DNA of 64,000 bases. Origin: Kiritimatiellales bacterium. Lineage in GTDB: Bacteria; Verrucomicrobiota; Kiritimatiellia; Kiritimatiellales; Tichowtungiaceae. Positions 36,367 to 43,463 of the stretch are shown here, piece by piece. The notes under the pieces were generated by a model that did no database searches, was not told the DNA's origin, and saw only the letters and a list, made by a program, of their open reading frames with translations. The DNA lies in contig JBBADV010000005.1 in the NCBI GenBank assembly GCA_041656295.1, positions 98,834 to 162,833 of the forward strand. The letters are read 5' to 3'. Both the position numbers and the translations under genes were made by a program. Position 1 is the first letter of the stretch. Each line of letters begins with the position of its first letter.

Positions 36367-37353
36367 ATGGCAGGCATTGAGGTGATTAACCAGAAAGTAC
36401 GTGAAGAAAGCACATTTATTCCGGCACTCAAAGCGGAAATCGGCAAAGTTGTTGTCGGACAGAACGATCTGATTGATCGCCTGATCATCGGCATGCTTTC
36501 CAACGGCCATGTTCTGCTCGAGGGCGTACCGGGGCTGGCAAAAACATTAACAGTAAAAACACTTGCCGCCACGCTGAAAACAACCTTTCACCGGATCCAA
36601 TTCACGCCGGATCTGCTGCCCGCCGACTTAATCGGCACACTGATTTACAATCCGAAAGACGCGGAATTTTTCACCAAAAAAGGCCCGGTGTTTGCGAATA
36701 TTATTCTTGCCGACGAAATCAACCGCGCACCGGCGAAAGTCCAGAGTGCTCTGCTCGAAGCGATGCAGGAACATCAGATCACCATCGGTGATGAAACATT
36801 CCGCCTGCCTGAACCGTTTCTCGTTATGGCCACCGAAAACCCGATCGAACAGGAAGGAACCTATCCGCTGCCTGAAGCACAGGTCGACCGTTTTATGCTC
36901 AAGTTGAAAGTCGGTTATCCGTCGCGTGACGAAGAGCGCCGGATCCTCGACCGCATGGCGCGCACCGCAACTGACATTACCGTAAATCCGGTGATTGATC
37001 CTGACTCGATTCTGCGTGCGCGCCGCACCGTCGACGAAATTTACATGGATGACAAAATCAAAGAGTACATCCTCAGCATCGTCTTTGCCACGCGCGAGCC
37101 GGAAGCCTGCGGACTCGACATCAAAGAATATCTGCGTTACGGCGCCAGTCCGCGCGCCACCATCGCGCTCACCATCGGCGCCAAAGCCTTCGCCTTTCTG
37201 CAGGGCCGCGGCTACGTCACGCCGCAGGATGTCAAATCCATCGCGCCGGATATTCTGCGCCATCGTATCATCGTTTCTTATGAAGCCGAGGCCGAAGAAC
37301 TGACCTCCGAAAACCTCATTGATACAATTCTGAGCGAAATTCCGGTGCCGTAA
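36367..37353 (+). CDS. MoxR-family AAA+ ATPase
   Basis: ATG at 36367 with AAGGAG 9 nt upstream. Has Walker A LEGVPGLAKT, Walker B ILADEINRA and ATENPIEQEGTYPLPEAQ.DRF. Confidence 0.9.
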   Translation: MAGIEVINQKVREESTFIPALKAEIGKVVVGQNDLIDRLIIGMLSNGHVLLEGVPGLAKTLTVKTLAATLKTTFHRIQFTPDLLPADLIGTLIYNPKDAEFFTKKGPVFANIILADEINRAPAKVQSALLEAMQEHQITIGDETFRLPEPFLVMATENPIEQEGTYPLPEAQVDRFMLKLKVGYPSRDEERRILDRMARTATDITVNPVIDPDSILRARRTVDEIYMDDKIKEYILSIVFATREPEACGLDIKEYLRYGASPRATIALTIGAKAFAFLQGRGYVTPQDVKSIAPDILRHRIIVSYEAEAEELTSENLIDTILSEIPVP

Positions 37354-37365
37354 CATTGCCGAACT

Positions 37366-37385
37366 CCGATTTCCGATTGCCGATT
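37366..37385 (+). repeat. Left inverted arm of the four-helix-bundle cassette
   Basis: The reverse complement of CCGATTTCCGATTGCCGATT matches 37762-37781 at 19/20 positions. Confidence 0.85.
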
Positions 37386-37400
37386 GGAAGTGTTGTGACC

Positions 37401-37754
37401 ATGAATCAGAATGACCTTAAAAAACGAACGAAACAGTTTGCTTTGCGAATCTTGAAGCTGACTGCGGCGCTTCCGCGTTCACCGGAAGCGATTGTACTTC
37501 GCAATCAACTGGTACGTTCGGGAACATCCGTTGGTGCAAATTACAGAGCGGTATGTCGTTCCCGTTCAACCGCTGAATTCATTTCAAAACTCGGTGTCGT
37601 AATTGAGGAAGCGGATGAGTCCTGTTTCTGGATGGAACTAATGATTGAAAGCGGAATGCTGTCGAAAGAAAAAACTAGTGATTTGCTGAGCGAAGCCAAT
37701 GAAATTACGGCGATCATGACCGCCGCGCGAAAAACCGCACAGGACAGAGTCTGA
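37401..37754 (+). CDS. Four-helix-bundle protein of the 23S rRNA intervening-sequence protein family (TIGR02436/PF05635-like, Avd-related)
   Basis: 117 aa with FALRILKL...LP......L.NQLVRSGTSVGANYRA..R.RS..EFI.KL....EEADES.FWMEL, the family signature as I remember it. Confidence 0.8.
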   Translation: MNQNDLKKRTKQFALRILKLTAALPRSPEAIVLRNQLVRSGTSVGANYRAVCRSRSTAEFISKLGVVIEEADESCFWMELMIESGMLSKEKTSDLLSEANEITAIMTAARKTAQDRV

Positions 37755-38677
37755 TGGAAAGAATCGGAAATCGGAAATCGGAAATCGGAAATTCGCCGGC
37801 TTCACATCGCGAATTGCTGAAAAAGATACGGCGCATTGAGATCCGAACCCGCCGCGCGGTGAACGATGTGTTCGCCGGACGCTATCACAGCGTATTCAAA
37901 GGTCGCGGCATGGAGTTTGATGAAGTTCGCGAATATTGCCCCGGCGATGACATCCGATCAATCGACTGGAACGTCACCGCCCGCACCGGCGTGCCGCATG
38001 TTAAAAAATTTGTCGAAGAGCGTGAAATGACAGTCATGCTGATGGTTGATATCAGCGCATCGAACGATTTCGGGAGTACTGCACAACTGAAACGTGATCT
38101 TGCCGCTGAAACTGCTGCCATGCTTGCGTTTTCGGCGACGCGCAACAACGACCGCATTGGATTGATTTTATTTTCCGACCGCGTCGAAAAATTTATTCCG
38201 GCGCGCAAAGGCACGCCGCACGTTTTGCGAATCATTCGCGAAGTGCTTGATTACGAACCGCAGAATGCCGGCACCGATGCGCGGCCGGCGCTCGACTTTT
38301 TAAACCTGACCAATACGCGCAAAACCGTAGCATTTTTGATCAGCGATTTTATCTTCCCGCAATCCTGTGAACGCGAACTGAAAATCACTGCGCGGCATCA
38401 CGACCTGATTGCCGTCTCGATCGCCGACCGGCACGAACGCGCGTGGCCGCGCACCGGAATTGTTGTATGGAAAAATCCGGAGACCGGAGAACATATTACG
38501 GTGGATACGTCCGGCGCCGCCGTCCGGCGCGCACTGCTGCTCGCGCAGGAAGAGCGGAGTGAAACACTGTATCGCGAACTGCGGCGCGCCGGCATGGATG
38601 TGGTTGAACTTTTTACCGGTGAACCGTACGACCGGGCCTTCATGAAATTTTTCAGGCAAAGGAGTGCGCGCAGATGA
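37754..38677 (+). CDS. DUF58 (vWA-like) protein, MoxR partner
   Basis: Motifs RTRRAVNDVFAGRYHSVFKGRGMEFDEVREYCPGDDIRSIDWNVTAR and MLMVDISASN. The ATG overlaps the stop of the upstream ORF (TGATG). Confidence 0.85.
   Translation: MERIGNRKSEIGNSPASHRELLKKIRRIEIRTRRAVNDVFAGRYHSVFKGRGMEFDEVREYCPGDDIRSIDWNVTARTGVPHVKKFVEEREMTVMLMVDISASNDFGSTAQLKRDLAAETAAMLAFSATRNNDRIGLILFSDRVEKFIPARKGTPHVLRIIREVLDYEPQNAGTDARPALDFLNLTNTRKTVAFLISDFIFPQSCERELKITARHHDLIAVSIADRHERAWPRTGIVVWKNPETGEHITVDTSGAAVRRALLLAQEERSETLYRELRRAGMDVVELFTGEPYDRAFMKFFRQRSARR
37762..37792 (+). repeat. Tandem heptanucleotide array (AATCGGA)x4, right arm of the cassette, lying inside the DUF58 coding sequence
   Basis: The array reads directly as AATCGGAAATCGGAAATCGGAAATCGGAAAT. 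It encodes IGNRKSEIGNS at the DUF58 N-terminus. Confidence 0.9.
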
Positions 38678-38689
38678 ATTGTTTTATTC

Positions 38690-38720
38690 ACCGCGAAAGA
38701 ACACAAAAAACGCAAAGGAG
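38690..38720 (+). repeat. Left inverted arm of the GxxExxY cassette
   Basis: ACCGCGAAAGAACACAAAAAACGCAAAGGAG aligns without gaps to the reverse complement of 39142-39176. There are 7 differences in 31 positions, all purine transitions. Confidence 0.8.
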
Positions 38721-38728
38721 TGTGATCA

Positions 38729-39178
38729 ATGAACACGACTGACATTATGGCGTTATGTGATCAGATCAGAGAAACCGCTTATGCAATTCATCAATATCAC
38801 GGAAACGGATATTTAGAAAAAGTGTATGAAAATTCACTGGCTCATCGGCTTAGAAAACTTGGTCTTGATGTTAAACAGCAGCACCGGCTGATAATTTATG
38901 ATGAAGACGGTTCAGAAATCGGAGAATATTTTGCTGATTTGTTTGTCGAGAGTGTATTAATTGTTGAGTTAAAAGCCTGCCGGATAACAACCGATGAACA
39001 CAAGGCACAGCTGTTAAATTATCTCAAAGGCGCCCGGATTGCGCATGGCCTTTTGATTAACTTTGGCTCCTTTAAATTTTCCATTCAAAAATTTGTAAAA
39101 AGTGATCCGTGCCCATCGTCCATTTTTAAAAATTTTCTCATTCCCTTTTTTGCGTTCCTTGCGCTCCTTCGCGGTTAA
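38729..39178 (+). CDS. GxxExxY protein (TIGR04256-like, PD-(D/E)XK nuclease-fold family PF13366-like)
   Basis: Motifs are HGNGYLEKVYENSLAHRL...G, a hairpin region ending DLFVESVLIVELKA, and QLLNYLK......GLLINFG. The last ~25 codons are encoded by the right repeat arm. Confidence 0.8.
   Translation: MNTTDIMALCDQIRETAYAIHQYHGNGYLEKVYENSLAHRLRKLGLDVKQQHRLIIYDEDGSEIGEYFADLFVESVLIVELKACRITTDEHKAQLLNYLKGARIAHGLLINFGSFKFSIQKFVKSDPCPSSIFKNFLIPFFAFLALLRG
39142..39176 (+). repeat. Right inverted arm of the GxxExxY cassette
   Basis: TCCCTTTTTTGCGTTCCTTGCGCTCCTTCGCGGTT; see the left arm at 38690-38720. Confidence 0.8.
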
Positions 39179-39181
39179 TGA

Positions 39182-40150
39182 ATGAAACAGTTATTCCCAT
39201 ATTTTATTTTGCTCCTACTCACCGGATGCCGTGAGCAGGCACCGGAATTGCTGCTGGAGGGTTTTACGGCGGATGCAACCATTTCGGCCAACGCCATTCA
39301 CGCCGGCGACAATGTGGTGCTGACGTTTTCCGCGGTTCATCCGGAGGGCAGCGTTGTCCGTTTCCCGGCGCCGGGGAAAAACCGGGAAATTGTTGTACGC
39401 AACCGCGCAACGTCAACGGGAAGCATCACCGCCGGGGTTTTAAAAACGGAAGAGCAGATTCAGTTTACATCATTCCGTTTCGGCAGCTTCCCGGTATTTT
39501 CCGGCGCGGCGGTTTGTGTTTTCCCGGACGGCACTGAAACGCGGCTGGAGCTTCCGACGCCGGTGCTGCATGTTGAAAAACTAATAGACCCCGGTGATAC
39601 AAAACTCTCCGATATTCGCGGCATTGTTAAACCGCCCCTGCGGCTTTCATGGAAACTGCTGGTGCTGCTGTTCGTTGGTATCACCGCCGTCGCCGCCGGA
39701 ATCATTACACTGTTTCTGCTGCGCAAACCGCAACCCGCTTCCCGCGCTCCCGCCCCGCCGCCGCATACGATTGCGCGTCAGGCGCTGATTTTATTGAAGG
39801 CAAAAGAGTGGATTCCGGATCCGTTTTTCACTGAACTTTCATTCATCCTGAGAACATATTTGGAAAACCGTTTCAGCATTCACGCACCGGAATCAACCAC
39901 CGAAGAGCTCACGCGTATGATGTCGTATGATCACCGCTTAAACCTGCGTGAACAGCAAATACTGCGCGATTTTATGGTCCGGGCCGACCTTGTTAAATTC
40001 GCCGCCGCCGGCGCTGAACAAAACGTAATGCAAACCGCGTTCAGTACCGTTGAAAGTTTTGTTGAACAAACAAAAGAAGAAGATTTTTTAACCGCGGATA
40101 ACGCGGATGAAAAAATAAATCGGAAATCGGAAATCGGAAATCAAAAATGA
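39182..40150 (+). CDS. Lipoprotein with a central TM helix and DUF4381-like module (Bat operon member)
   Basis: Lipobox LLLTGC. A TM segment LLVLLFVGITAVAAGIITLFLL is followed by PH.IARQAL..L, as in DUF4381. The C-terminal ADNADEKINRKSEIGNQK is encoded by repeat words. Confidence 0.65.
   Translation: MKQLFPYFILLLLTGCREQAPELLLEGFTADATISANAIHAGDNVVLTFSAVHPEGSVVRFPAPGKNREIVVRNRATSTGSITAGVLKTEEQIQFTSFRFGSFPVFSGAAVCVFPDGTETRLELPTPVLHVEKLIDPGDTKLSDIRGIVKPPLRLSWKLLVLLFVGITAVAAGIITLFLLRKPQPASRAPAPPPHTIARQALILLKAKEWIPDPFFTELSFILRTYLENRFSIHAPESTTEELTRMMSYDHRLNLREQQILRDFMVRADLVKFAAAGAEQNVMQTAFSTVESFVEQTKEEDFLTADNADEKINRKSEIGNQK
40091..40142 (+). repeat. Word blocks ACCGCGGATAACGCGGAT plus (AATCGGA)x3 inside the 3' end of the DUF4381-like gene
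   Basis: Direct-repeat partner of 37762-37792, and the same CGCGGAT word as at 19528-19556. Confidence 0.85.
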
Positions 40151-41118
40151 GATTCGCTTATCCATATTTATTGTTTTTACTTTTGCTGGTTCCACAACTG
40201 GTGTGGTTACGGATTCGCCGGCGCGGAGCGGCGGTAAATTTTCCGAACGGCGATTTATTAAAAACGCTGCCGGTGACGGCGGCGGTTCGCATTCTGCCGC
40301 TGTGGACAGTTTTGTACGCGGCCGGTTTAATCTGTTTAGTTGTCGCGATTGCGCGTCCGCAGCGCGGCCTGCTTGAAAGCCGCGTGACTACCGAGGGCGT
40401 TGATATTGTTCTGCTGCTCGACCTTTCAACATCGATGGAAACACCCGATTTTTCGCGCGCCGGACAGCGGCAGACGCGCATTGATTCGGCGAAACAGGTG
40501 ATCACCGATTTTATTGCGAAACGCAAAGATGACCGTATCGGCATGGTGACATTTGCCGCGCTGCCCTATTCCGTTGCGCCGCTTACGCTCGACCACAGCT
40601 GGCTGATGACGCGGCTGGCCGGCGTGCGCACCGGCATGCTGGAAGACGGCACGGCAATCGGCGACGGAATTGCGTCGGCGGTAAACCGTCTGCGCGACAG
40701 CGATGCAAAAAGCCGGATTGTTATTCTGCTGACGGACGGAATGAATAATCGCGGCGAGCTGTCGCCGGAGAATGCGGCATACGCCGCCGCCGCGCTCGGC
40801 ATCAAAATTTATACGATTGGTGTGGGCGGCGGAATGCCGGTGCGGCAGGGCTTTTTTTCCTCCGCTGTTCAGGAGATCGACGAGGAGGTTTTAACACGCG
40901 TTGCCGAAATCAGCGGCGGGGAATTCTTCCGTGTGAAAGATTTGAAGACGCTCACCGGCGTTTATGACCGCATCGACAAACTTGAAAAAACAGAGATGGA
41001 AATGCAGCAGTTTACGCGTTTCGAGGAGATTGCCGGCGGCTGGCTGCTGGCGGCGCTGACGTTGTTAACGGTTGAAAAAGCAGTTTCACTTTCACGCTTC
41101 GGGAGGCTGCCAGAATGA
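40147..41118 (+). CDS. batA: vWA-domain aerotolerance protein BatA
   Basis: N-terminal TM helices, vWA MIDAS (LLLDLSTSM) and ILLTDGMNN. The ATGA start overlaps the upstream stop. Confidence 0.85.
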   Translation: MRFAYPYLLFLLLLVPQLVWLRIRRRGAAVNFPNGDLLKTLPVTAAVRILPLWTVLYAAGLICLVVAIARPQRGLLESRVTTEGVDIVLLLDLSTSMETPDFSRAGQRQTRIDSAKQVITDFIAKRKDDRIGMVTFAALPYSVAPLTLDHSWLMTRLAGVRTGMLEDGTAIGDGIASAVNRLRDSDAKSRIVILLTDGMNNRGELSPENAAYAAAALGIKIYTIGVGGGMPVRQGFFSSAVQEIDEEVLTRVAEISGGEFFRVKDLKTLTGVYDRIDKLEKTEMEMQQFTRFEEIAGGWLLAALTLLTVEKAVSLSRFGRLPE

Positions 41119-42944
41119 AATTCGGCGCACCTGAATTTTTAAAATGGCTTCTGCTGATCCTGCCCCTGGCAGCTCTCTTCATAATGCTGCACCACCGGCG
41201 CGCGGCACGGCTGGCGCAATTAATTGCCGCCGGCAGCTGGCGCAAGGTAATCGCCGGTTTTTCAACCGGGCGTGGCGCGCGGCGGACAGCATTACGAACC
41301 GCAGCGCTGTTCTTCGTTCTGCTCGCGCTCACGCGTCCGCAGTGGGGCACGCGCTGGGAGGAGGTAAAGCACCGCGGACTTGATATTATCATCGTACTCG
41401 ATACATCACGCAGTATGCTCGCTGAAGATATTAAGCCCAACCGGCTGCAGCAGGCGAAGTGGGCGGTGCGCGATTTTGCACGCAAACTGAACGGCGACCG
41501 CGTCGGACTGGTCGCCTTTGCCGGCGGCAGCTTTCTGCAATGTCCGGTCACGGTGGATTACGCCGCATTCACGATGATGCTGAACGATCTTTACGCCGGA
41601 ATTATCCCGCGCGGCGGCACCGCCATTGAACAGGCGCTGCGTACCGCGATTAACAATTTTGACGAACAGTCCAGCGCCGACCGCGTGATCATTCTGATCA
41701 CCGACGGCGAAGATCACGAAGGCGATCCGCTGCGCGTTGCGGAGGAGTTGCGCCGGAAAAATATCAAACTGTTTTCTGTCGGCGTCGGCACGCCGGACGG
41801 CGGACTGATTCCGGCAGAAGAAGGGTATGTGAAAAACACGCAGGGACTCGTTGTAAAAAGTTCGCTGAACGAGGCGCTGCTTGAAAAACTCGCGTCCGGC
41901 TCCGGCGGTTTTTATGTGCGTTCCGCCCCCGGCGATTTCGGACTGGATCGAATTTATAAGTTCGGTATCGCCGGACTTCAGCGCGACGAACAGGAAACGC
42001 GCATGGCGAAAGTGTATGAAGAGCGGTTCATGTGGTTTGCCGCCGCCGCTCTGCTCCTGTTAACTGCTGAAGGGTTGTCGCTGCTGCGCTCGCCGAAAGC
42101 GCTGGTGCTGATTCTACTGTGTTTTGCACCGCGCACCGATGCCGCCAGCTGGACAAAAGAATTCCGGCGCGGAGAGTACACCAATGCGCTTGAAATGTTG
42201 ACCGGCGAAGAAGCGAAACCGGCGGATGTGAGAGAATATAATCGCGGTGTGATATTATATCGCATGGACGATTTCTCCGCCGCCGAAAAAGCGTTCGCTA
42301 ATGCCACCGCACAGGCAACCGGCGAAAAACTCCGGCAGCGCGCGCTGTATAATCGCGGCACGGCGCTGTTCCGGTCGGCACACGCGGTGCAAAGCGATCC
42401 GGAAAAACCGGCGGCGCCATTTGATCTCGCAGCGCAGGCGGCGGCGCAGTTCGAAGAGGCGCTGCTGTTAAACCCCGATGACGAACCGGCGAAAAAAAAT
42501 CTGGAACGCAGTGTGATGTTTATCATTGCCGGCCGGATTCACTCAGCGCGTACGCTGATTCAGTCGGCGGATGAGCTGCTTAAAGAATTTCAGGCCAAAT
42601 CGGCGCAGACAAATTACAGCAGCGCCAAAAACCTGCTGACGCCGGTGCTGGCCGATTTTTCGCCGGAAAATCCGGATGCCACGCGACTGCTGCAACACGC
42701 CGAAGAGCGGCTGGCATTTCTTGCGCTGTCGGTTGATTTAACGAAACAGGAAATGGCCGCCGCGAAACAATTTATTGATGAATACAACTATAAAGAAGCC
42801 GCCGATATTATGCTGGACGATAAACCGCAGCGCCGGCTGGCGTTTGATCTGGATGAAAAACTCGCGCAGGAATTTTCGCAGCTCATTCAAAATAATATGA
42901 ATGTAATCCATATTGTTTATCCTGATAATCCGCTGAAGCCATGA
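41115..42944 (+). CDS. batB: vWA plus TPR aerotolerance protein BatB (BatB/BatC-type fusion)
   Basis: vWA MIDAS (IIVLDTSRSM), ILITDGEDHEG, a second TM helix and a TPR-like C-terminal half. Confidence 0.8.
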   Translation: MKFGAPEFLKWLLLILPLAALFIMLHHRRAARLAQLIAAGSWRKVIAGFSTGRGARRTALRTAALFFVLLALTRPQWGTRWEEVKHRGLDIIIVLDTSRSMLAEDIKPNRLQQAKWAVRDFARKLNGDRVGLVAFAGGSFLQCPVTVDYAAFTMMLNDLYAGIIPRGGTAIEQALRTAINNFDEQSSADRVIILITDGEDHEGDPLRVAEELRRKNIKLFSVGVGTPDGGLIPAEEGYVKNTQGLVVKSSLNEALLEKLASGSGGFYVRSAPGDFGLDRIYKFGIAGLQRDEQETRMAKVYEERFMWFAAAALLLLTAEGLSLLRSPKALVLILLCFAPRTDAASWTKEFRRGEYTNALEMLTGEEAKPADVREYNRGVILYRMDDFSAAEKAFANATAQATGEKLRQRALYNRGTALFRSAHAVQSDPEKPAAPFDLAAQAAAQFEEALLLNPDDEPAKKNLERSVMFIIAGRIHSARTLIQSADELLKEFQAKSAQTNYSSAKNLLTPVLADFSPENPDATRLLQHAEERLAFLALSVDLTKQEMAAAKQFIDEYNYKEAADIMLDDKPQRRLAFDLDEKLAQEFSQLIQNNMNVIHIVYPDNPLKP

Positions 42945-43459
42945 AACGTAAAATTTCCATTTTAATACTGGCGGCCGCCTTGAATTCCGGCGCAGAAACC
43001 GCGGACGAGTGGTTCAATAAAACTGCGCGCGAATATATCTACAGCCACACCGCAGAAGCGAGTAATCTGGTTTATCAGGCACTGGCAGATTATCCCGGTG
43101 ATGAAAAGCTGTTAAAATTAAAAGAGCTGATCGAACAGCAGCAGGAACAGCAACAGCAAAATCAGGACCAGCAGAATAACGAGAATCAAAACGATCAGTC
43201 AGATTCGTCCGATCGGACTGATCAGCAACAAGATCAATCAGGTCAAGAAGAACAGCAGAAAGAAGAAAACTCTCAGGAACATGAAGAGCCGGCGGAACAG
43301 AATCCGGCAAAAGAGCAACCGGCAGAACGTCAGCCCGGTGAAATGAGTGAAGAGGAAGCGATGCAGCTCCTCGACGCGATGAAACAGAATGAACAGGACC
43401 GGCGCGCCAATCTGCACCCTTATCTCGGACCGCCGGTGCGTGTTGAAAAGGATTGGTGA
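42941..43459 (+). CDS. BatC-like secreted Gln/Glu-rich protein
   Basis: Signal peptide, one TPR-like segment, a long Q/E/N/D low-complexity tract and a C-terminal ...EEAMQLLDAMKQNE......KDW tail, as in BatC-type proteins. Confidence 0.6.
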   Translation: MKRKISILILAAALNSGAETADEWFNKTAREYIYSHTAEASNLVYQALADYPGDEKLLKLKELIEQQQEQQQQNQDQQNNENQNDQSDSSDRTDQQQDQSGQEEQQKEENSQEHEEPAEQNPAKEQPAERQPGEMSEEEAMQLLDAMKQNEQDRRANLHPYLGPPVRVEKDW

Positions 43460-43463
43460 GGAG

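Noticed and set aside
37401-37754. Diversity-generating retroelement, because the four-helix-bundle family includes Avd.
   Set aside because: No reverse transcriptase gene and no template/variable repeat pair were seen anywhere in the window. The A/G differences between the repeat arms are not adenine-specific substitutions between a TR and a coding VR.
37762-37792. Possible CRISPR array, suggested by the regularly spaced AATCGGA repeats here and at 40118-40142.
   Set aside because: The units are 7 nt, directly tandem with no spacers, and lie inside coding sequence. No cas genes are in the window. They are heptanucleotide tandem repeats, not a CRISPR array.
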